Shown here: positions 25,530 to 31,463 of the stretch, in pieces
Layout: each line of letters starts with the position of its first letter
Numbering within the stretch: the first letter of the stretch is position 1
NCBI GenBank assembly: GCA_037440825.1
Contig: JBBITJ010000002.1
Location: forward strand, 23,016 to 54,478
DNA length: 31,463 nt
Origin: Candidatus Micrarchaeota archaeon
Lineage (GTDB): Archaea > Micrarchaeota > Micrarchaeia > Anstonellales > Bilamarchaeaceae
Direction: 5' to 3'
Position numbers and translations under genes: made by a program
Notes under the pieces: generated by a model
Databases searched by the model: none
What the model was told of the DNA's origin: nothing
What the model saw: the letters and a program-made list of their open reading frames with translations, nothing else

Positions 25530-27028
25530 AACGGGTTGCCGAAGCGATAAGGAACGGAGGGATTGCGCTCGCTTTATCCTCAGCCGCGCTCTATTTCGGG
25601 CTGCTCCTCTTCAGCGCCGCAGACATCATGGGCATATACATGTTCTTCCCGGACGTCGGGGAGACGGTTTCATCGGTAAGGATAGTGCACGATTACGGAT
25701 TCTTCGGCACGGTGCCTCAGCTCGGAAACGGCGGCTATTCGTTCTTCGGAAGCATGCCGCCGCTATTCCCTGCGATGGCGCAGGTTATTTACTCAGTTCT
25801 GGGCGACGCGGCGCTCAGCGCGTTCCTGCTGAACGCGATCGTGTCTGTTGCTGCTGCGGCGCTCATATTCCAGGTTGTTGACGGCGGGATGGAGATGAAG
25901 GCACTTGCTGTGCTGCTCCTGCTGGTGAACGTGTTCACAGGCGCGATGTTCCCGTTCGTGGTCAGGGCGAGGTCGCTGCTCGCAATGCTCTTCTTCCTGC
26001 TCGCAATCCACCTGGAGAAGAAGGGAACTGCCGGAAGAGGGGCGTATTTCCTGTGCTTCCTTGCGGCTTTCCTGAGCCAGCCGCTTGTGGCCGGGCTGGG
26101 CGCCGCGCTCCTTTCCTGGAGGATTTTCGCTAGAGGGGGCGACAGATGGAAGCTCGCTGCGATGGCGCTCGCGCTGGCTATTTCGATACCTTTCTATTAT
26201 AAGCTCATGGTGGGCGCAGGTGCTGAGCCGAGGAGTCTGGGCAGCTCGGCTTACGACGTGCGCAACGACACTCTCATCCCGGTGTATGGAACCGCGTTCC
26301 TCGCTTTCTCATCCGCCCTCCGAGGAAAAGAGAAGAATGAGGCGCTTCCTGCGCTCGCATTCCTGCTGCTGCCGCTCGCGAACACGGCAAGCTATATGAT
26401 TACCGGAAGGCTGGACCAGACGTTGTTTGCGAACGTGCTGTTCGGCTCGGACCTCGTATATGCGGCGTTCTTCGCGCCGTCCGCGGCGTTCCTGCTCTCT
26501 TTTTACGGCTCGAGGCTGAGCAGAAGCAAGATTGCAGCAGGGCTGCTTTTCGCCATCGCTGGAATAGGCGTGGCAGGGACCTACGGATACGTGCTTCACG
26601 GCGCGGCGGACTTCCAAGACAAGATGCAGCTCATCGAAGGAATAGACGAGGCGGCTTCTAAACTGCTCGTCGTGCCGGCGGTTGAAAGCGGCGGGAAAGT
26701 TTGGATGATACACGGGGACTTCATGATAAGCGGGCTCGCCGTCGCTACAGGCAGGAACATCTCCTTCGTGGGCAATTTGATTCCGCCACAGCTGGACAAG
26801 GGTCCGGAATTCAGCGCGGCGATGGAGCTTGCGAACGGGAATGTTTCCGATTGCGATGGGCTGGTCGCGGGCATGGGTGATGCGGACATGCTCATATACA
26901 TCACGAACAGCCCTAAACTGAACTGGAAGCTGGATGGCTGGGCGAAGGAGTGCGGGTTGGTGAAAAAGGAGTTCGGAACTTCTTACGGCGGAGCCATCGC
27001 TGCGTATTCCATACCTAAGGACGGCTAG
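25526..27028 (+). CDS. Polytopic membrane protein, probable GT-C glycosyltransferase (paralog B)
   Basis: PDVGE, YGFFGTVP..G.GGYSFFGSMPP, R.RSL and AAFLSQPL shared with the preceding gene. ATGA overlap. Confidence 0.7.
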   Translation: MKRVAEAIRNGGIALALSSAALYFGLLLFSAADIMGIYMFFPDVGETVSSVRIVHDYGFFGTVPQLGNGGYSFFGSMPPLFPAMAQVIYSVLGDAALSAFLLNAIVSVAAAALIFQVVDGGMEMKALAVLLLLVNVFTGAMFPFVVRARSLLAMLFFLLAIHLEKKGTAGRGAYFLCFLAAFLSQPLVAGLGAALLSWRIFARGGDRWKLAAMALALAISIPFYYKLMVGAGAEPRSLGSSAYDVRNDTLIPVYGTAFLAFSSALRGKEKNEALPALAFLLLPLANTASYMITGRLDQTLFANVLFGSDLVYAAFFAPSAAFLLSFYGSRLSRSKIAAGLLFAIAGIGVAGTYGYVLHGAADFQDKMQLIEGIDEAASKLLVVPAVESGGKVWMIHGDFMISGLAVATGRNISFVGNLIPPQLDKGPEFSAAMELANGNVSDCDGLVAGMGDADMLIYITNSPKLNWKLDGWAKECGLVKKEFGTSYGGAIAAYSIPKDG

Positions 27029-28548
27029 CCCCTGCTGTAGTAGACGACCGTGGAATTGCTCACGTTGAAATAAACCGGCGAGTAGTTCGAATCCAGGAAC
27101 GACTTGAACTCCGAGAGGCTGGCGGGGGAAAAGGAGGAGAGGTCGAAATCTGACTGGAAGAAAAGGACGTGGTCCGGCATGCCATCTTCAACCGGCCGCA
27201 TCACTTTCTCTTCGAACCATTCCCGGCTCTTCGGGAATCCGGAATCGGAATGCTGGAATATCAGGGGCATGAACGGCTCTTTGCCTAATATTGTGTAGTA
27301 TGCTCCGCGGCTGGGGAAGACGAAAAATGAGCCTTCGGAATGTTCCTTAAGGTATTGGATCATTTCGCCGTTGCTGCCGCAGAACGAGACATGGTTGTTC
27401 GTGGAGAAGTGGGATGCGGCAAAGGAGGGAAGCAGCAGCATCATTGCCAGGAGAGGGAAAAAGATCGCTGACGCGGGCAGCGCCACAGAGCCTAGGAGCT
27501 CGCGGATTCCGGCCTTCTGGGAGCATTTGCGCGCCGCAGGCGCGAGCTCGGAAATTGAAAGTGTCCATGCGAAAGATGCTGGAAGCAGGTAATAGGAGAG
27601 CACGAGCACGTAGAAATGGAAGGAGAATGCCCTTGACAGGAAGAGGACTATGGTGCTGAGGAAAAGCAGCAGCACTGCGCCTTCGAAATGCCCCTTTTCC
27701 TTTTTCATCATGAAAGGAAGGGCTGGCGCGAGGAAGAGGAATGACAGAACCCCATAAATCGGGGCGGAGAGCATCCACGAGAAGGAGCTGAAATACTCGA
27801 TGAATTCCGCAACGCTCCAGCCGTTCGCCTGCGCCGGGAACCCGGAGAGGTTCAGGAACAGGAAGGAGATTGCGAGGAGGGGAATGGCTGCCGAGAGGAA
27901 GCCTGCTGACGCCCAGAGCGCGGATTCGCGCGGGTTTCCGGATTTCGCGATCGCGTAAAGAATAGGCAGGGCGAGGGCCGCTGCGGAGAGCGGCTTTATG
28001 AAAAGGGGGAGCGCAGCGAAGAAGCAGGCGAGGAATATTGGGCGCGGCCTCCTTTCGTCCATGGATGATATAAGGAAATGGAATGATGCTGCCCAGAAGA
28101 GAATTGTGAAGAGCTCGGCGCGCAGGAACGCGTTGAGCCCGAGGAATAATGCGAAGAATATGTAAATCAGCGGAGGCAGATACTTGTAAATGCCGCCCAT
28201 TCTCTGTGCGGAAGTGGCGAATATTATAGCGGCGATTAGGAAATTCAACGCGAGCGAGATGCCCCTTATGCAGCCCATGGACGTGCCGCATGCGCCTACG
28301 ACCAGATAATCAAGAGCGTGGAGAAGGGGAAGCTTGTTGTCGTAAACGTCCCTGTACAGGACTCCGCCCTGATGCATGATTTCAGCCACGAGGACGTACA
28401 TGCCCTCATCATGCTCTATGAGCCCGCAGGAGAACATCGGGAAAGAGAGCGGAAGGAACGACAGGGCTGCGAGGATTGCGAGGAACGACCAATGCTGCCG
28501 CACGAATTGCGCAACGCCGCTTGATTCGGGCTTTATGGGTGGACGCAT
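27025..28548 (-). CDS. GT-C fold glycosyltransferase (ArnT-like)
   Basis: EHDEGMY, LYRDVYDNKLPL, AELF, FIKP motifs, many TM helices, extracellular C-terminal domain. Confidence 0.85.
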   Translation of the reverse strand: MRPPIKPESSGVAQFVRQHWSFLAILAALSFLPLSFPMFSCGLIEHDEGMYVLVAEIMHQGGVLYRDVYDNKLPLLHALDYLVVGACGTSMGCIRGISLALNFLIAAIIFATSAQRMGGIYKYLPPLIYIFFALFLGLNAFLRAELFTILFWAASFHFLISSMDERRPRPIFLACFFAALPLFIKPLSAAALALPILYAIAKSGNPRESALWASAGFLSAAIPLLAISFLFLNLSGFPAQANGWSVAEFIEYFSSFSWMLSAPIYGVLSFLFLAPALPFMMKKEKGHFEGAVLLLFLSTIVLFLSRAFSFHFYVLVLSYYLLPASFAWTLSISELAPAARKCSQKAGIRELLGSVALPASAIFFPLLAMMLLLPSFAASHFSTNNHVSFCGSNGEMIQYLKEHSEGSFFVFPSRGAYYTILGKEPFMPLIFQHSDSGFPKSREWFEEKVMRPVEDGMPDHVLFFQSDFDLSSFSPASLSEFKSFLDSNYSPVYFNVSNSTVVYYSRG

Positions 28549-28556
28549 TTGGACGC

Positions 28557-29273
28557 CTAGGTGAGCAGGGATCTGCAGTATGAAAGCACGTGGAAGGCGC
28601 TTATCTTGGACGAGCCGGATTTCCTCAGGCCGAAATCGTATCTTATTTCAGAAATCTTGGTGCCTGCCGGCAGCTGCTTGAGCACGTCGAAAAGGAGCTT
28701 GTAGCCCCTCATGTTTATGCGGCTCTTGTCCACTTTGGAGAACAGGGTTTTTTTCATCCCGAAGAAGCCGGACATTATATCGTACCTCCAAGGCTTGCCT
28801 CTGATGGCGAGGGAAATTGAGCCAAGAGCGTTGGCGCCTGCGCTTATGAGCCAACGAATAGCTGACCAGTCCTTCGTAGATGCGCGCGAAGCGATCACTA
28901 TGTCGGCAGCCGAACGGTCGAACTCGCGGATAATCTCCCCTACTTTCGCAGGAGGGTGCTGGAAATCGCCGTCCATAACTATGAAGCGGGCGGTTTTGCA
29001 TTCCTCTATCGCGTGGACCACGCTTGCGACGTTCCCCTTCACTTTTTCCCCGCTTCTGTCCAAGAGGGAGATGCGGCCGGAGGCGGATTTTTCCAGCCCA
29101 CGCACGAGCTCGCGCGTGCCGTCCGTGGAGCCGTCGTCGGAAAATATTATGCTTATGCCGGGGTAGAGGGACTGGAGCTCCTTTGCCAAGGGAACCGCAT
29201 TGCCGGATTCGTTGAGCACCGGGATTATTATCGTGTAGCCTTCGAAGCTGCTGCCTGTTTCTGGTTCTGGCAT
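28557..29273 (-). CDS. Polyprenol/dolichol-phosphate sugar synthase (DPM1-like GT2)
   Basis: IIIPVLNE, DDGSTDGT, VMDGDFQHPP, VIASR, DIMSGFF, GYKLL, R..GSSK. Confidence 0.9.
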   Translation of the reverse strand: MPEPETGSSFEGYTIIIPVLNESGNAVPLAKELQSLYPGISIIFSDDGSTDGTRELVRGLEKSASGRISLLDRSGEKVKGNVASVVHAIEECKTARFIVMDGDFQHPPAKVGEIIREFDRSAADIVIASRASTKDWSAIRWLISAGANALGSISLAIRGKPWRYDIMSGFFGMKKTLFSKVDKSRINMRGYKLLFDVLKQLPAGTKISEIRYDFGLRKSGSSKISAFHVLSYCRSLLT

Positions 29274-29313
29274 GCTGGATTACCGGAAAGAATAAGAGGC
29301 TAAAATTTAAAAC

Positions 29314-30501
29314 TCACACGACCTGCGCCCACGCGCACAGCCTCCATCTCTGTCCGATCCTCCTGGATAGGGCCGCCTTGCTGCCCTTGTCCACGCATAT
29401 CGGGCGCTTGAGCTTTATCGTGGCGATGCCCTTTGCGATCGAGGCTATCACGCCCACTGCTGTGGCGGTCTGCACGTTCAGCACCACGGGCTCGGCCTGC
29501 TTGAAAGGAGGGTTGTCGATGTCGCTCCTTTCCAGCATGTGGTATTTCAGGTTGATGGAGTCCACGACTTCAGGAAGCTTGCCTGCCATGCCCAAGACGG
29601 AACCTACGAGCATGTCCGACTTGGTGAGCGAAGGGTCGAGCGGCGTTCCAACCGCGATCAGCCCTCCTGGCCCTGCTTCTTCGAGCTTTGACGTTTCGGA
29701 GCGCAAGGATGCGATCTTGAATTTTATGGGCTCATACGGAGCGTCCTCCTTCTTCTGTATTCCTGGTCTGAGCTCCACCTCGTCTCCTACCTTGAGGACG
29801 CCCTGGAGGAGCGATCCGCCTATAACTCCGCCATGGAGTTTTGAAATTTCAGTGCCAGGCTTGTTCACGTCGAACGAGCGCGAAATGTACAAACGAGGAG
29901 GGGCTTCCTTGTCCCTCTTGGGAGTGGGAATCTTCTCCTCTATCGCTTCCAGGAGCGCGCCCACGTTCACGCCATGGGTCGCGATTACCGGGATTATCGG
30001 TGCGCCCTCGGCGACCGAGCCCTTGAGGAACTTCTCTATCTCCTGCCTGTGCTCGAGCGCGCGCTGCTTGCTTACCAGATCTATTTTGGTCTGCACCACG
30101 ATCACGTTCTTTATCCCGGTGGCGTTGAGTATCATAAGGTGCTCCGCGGTCTGCGGCTGCGGGCATGGCTCGTTCGCTGCAATCAGGAATATCGCGCCGT
30201 CTATTATGCTGGACGCGGCTATCGCAGTCGTCATGAGGGTTTCGTGCCCTGGAGAGTCCACGAAGGACACGCGCCTGCTCAGCTCGCCTTTCTGGCCGCA
30301 TTTGCATTTATCGGAAGGCGAGTATTCGCCGCACTTCTTGCAGCGGTAGATGGTCGCGTCGGCGTAGCCCAGCCTTATGGAGATGCCCCGCTTCAGCTCC
30401 TCGCTGTGGGTGTCCGTCCACTTGCCGGTAATCGCCTTGGTGAGCGTGGTCTTGCCGTGGTCCACGTGGCCTAGGGTACCTATGTTGACTTCAGCTTGCA
30501 A
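29314..30501 (-). CDS. eif2g: Translation initiation factor 2 gamma subunit (TTG start)
   Basis: QAEVNIGTLGHVDHGKTT, EELKRGISIRLGYA, Zn knuckle, DSPGHE, PQPQTAEH, TKID, RSFDVNKPG, RWRL. Confidence 0.97.
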   Translation of the reverse strand: MQAEVNIGTLGHVDHGKTTLTKAITGKWTDTHSEELKRGISIRLGYADATIYRCKKCGEYSPSDKCKCGQKGELSRRVSFVDSPGHETLMTTAIAASSIIDGAIFLIAANEPCPQPQTAEHLMILNATGIKNVIVVQTKIDLVSKQRALEHRQEIEKFLKGSVAEGAPIIPVIATHGVNVGALLEAIEEKIPTPKRDKEAPPRLYISRSFDVNKPGTEISKLHGGVIGGSLLQGVLKVGDEVELRPGIQKKEDAPYEPIKFKIASLRSETSKLEEAGPGGLIAVGTPLDPSLTKSDMLVGSVLGMAGKLPEVVDSINLKYHMLERSDIDNPPFKQAEPVVLNVQTATAVGVIASIAKGIATIKLKRPICVDKGSKAALSRRIGQRWRLCAWAQVV

Positions 30502-30518
30502 TGAATCACTTCATCCTC

Positions 30519-30546
30519 CGGTTTCCGGTCCTGAGTTTTCGGTCAC
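30519..30546 (-). repeat. Degenerate heptamer array (4 units)
   Basis: Minus strand GTGACCG AAAACTC AGGACCG GAAACCG between rps6e and eif2g. Confidence 0.55.
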
Positions 30547-30547
30547 A

Positions 30548-30943
30548 CTACTTCTTCTCTTCCTTCTTCTCCTTGGCCGGGAAGAGCTCGTCGAGCTTGA
30601 CTCTGCCGTGCTCGAGCACCTTGAAGTTCACCTGAACTGTGTCGGCAGCGATCGTGTTGCCGCGCACGGTCTTCTTCTTCCTCGTGCCCTTCATCTTAAC
30701 CCTGTACCCCGTTCCGCCGGAGAGTATGGGCGCGATCTTCCTCGAGCCGCTTATGTCCTTCCTGAGCGGGAAACCGCTGTTGTCGCTGCCGCCCCTTATC
30801 TCAAGGGAGTAGCCCGCGAGCCCCAGGGCGCCGCCGTCAACCTTCTCGCCTATCTTCTTGCCTATGAGAAGGCTGTCCTTGGACTTGTCCAGCTCCACCT
30901 GGTACGATTTTCCCGTCTTTGGATCGGAAATCACTGCTTTCAT
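30548..30943 (-). CDS. rps6e: 30S ribosomal protein S6e
   Basis: VISDPKTGKSYQ, LIGKKIG, GGSDNSGFP.R.D, RKKKTVRGN. Lies directly upstream of aIF-2 gamma, as is usual in archaea. Confidence 0.97.
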   Translation of the reverse strand: MKAVISDPKTGKSYQVELDKSKDSLLIGKKIGEKVDGGALGLAGYSLEIRGGSDNSGFPLRKDISGSRKIAPILSGGTGYRVKMKGTRKKKTVRGNTIAADTVQVNFKVLEHGRVKLDELFPAKEKKEEKK

Positions 30944-31066
30944 ATTTTCACCTTTTTCCAGCTAAATGGATTAATGTAAAGATTTGAGGATAATATAATC
31001 CTGAAAACGTTTAAAAATGGTGTATAAAGGAAAAATAAAAGAATAAAGAAAGGAAAAGCCGAGGAT

Positions 31067-31288
31067 TTACTTCTTGTAGTTCTTGAGCTTCGCCTTGTAC
31101 ACTGCGCCGTCCTTCCCGACGTAGTACATGTAGCCGTCTTCCTTGGTTATCTTCTCAGAGCCTACCCTCTTCTTCCTGCCGTTCTTGTTGTGCTTCATCG
31201 GCACTGCCCAGACGTATCCGTCCTTTCCGACAAAATAGAGATATCCGTCTTCCCTGCTTATTTTCTCAGATCCAACTTTCGATCCCAT
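31067..31288 (-). CDS. Small basic protein with two internal repeats (73 aa)
   Basis: GGAGGTG RBS before ATG 31288, TTTATAAA box upstream, T-rich tract downstream. The repeat VGSEKI.[RK]EDGY.Y.VGKDG.V occurs twice. Confidence 0.88.
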   Translation of the reverse strand: MGSKVGSEKISREDGYLYFVGKDGYVWAVPMKHNKNGRKKRVGSEKITKEDGYMYYVGKDGAVYKAKLKNYKK

Positions 31289-31463
31289 GTTCACACCTCC
31301 CAAAATTTTCTATCTCCGGTTTTCACGTCGGAGTGGTGGTTATTATTGAGGGTAGATTTATAAAGTTATTCTCGATACCGACGTGGTGTTTATATATCCT
31401 ATGGTGATTGGGTCGAAAACAACCTAATTACCTATTCTATTCGAAGCGGGCTAGAAAAAGTCG

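Noticed and set aside
27496..27549. Inverted repeat GAGCTCGCG/CGCGAGCTC with inner hairpins in a GT-C loop, as a third palindromic insert
   Set aside because: GC-rich, with no shared sequence with the truD or mre11 elements. Could be chance without an ortholog alignment.
1..31463. CRISPR arrays, IS elements, inteins, rRNA
   Set aside because: No regularly spaced repeats, transposase or integrase motifs, intein-sized insertions in topA, tfb or the ATPases, or rRNA-like sequence were seen.

Overview
Archaeal chromosomal segment, most consistent with a DPANN lineage such as Micrarchaeota (inferred from gene content and protein style, not tested). Archaeal markers include TFB, aIF-2 gamma, S6e, ABCE1, Trm1, an intron-containing tRNA-Ile and TTTAWA promoters. 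Housekeeping genes are mre11, trm1, truD, topA, pgk, tfb, ABCE1, aIF-2 gamma and rps6e; a NitT/TauT-type ABC transporter is also present. The most interesting part is 17.6-29.3 kb. A VirB2/TrbC-like pilin gene is followed by four coupled genes with type IV (class III) pilin-like N-termini. These lead into an 894-aa polytopic membrane protein carrying two Cdc48-like AAA+ domains. This block sits next to four GT-C membrane glycosyltransferase-like genes and a Dol-P-sugar synthase, suggesting a candidate surface-filament or export system with its own glycosylation module. Smaller signals are a multi-hairpin in-frame segment in truD, a similarly folded leader before mre11, four-unit heptamer arrays, a 24-aa membrane peptide, and heavily eroded gene relics between genes. 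No CRISPR array, rRNA, integrase or transposase was seen. All family assignments come from motif recognition by eye.
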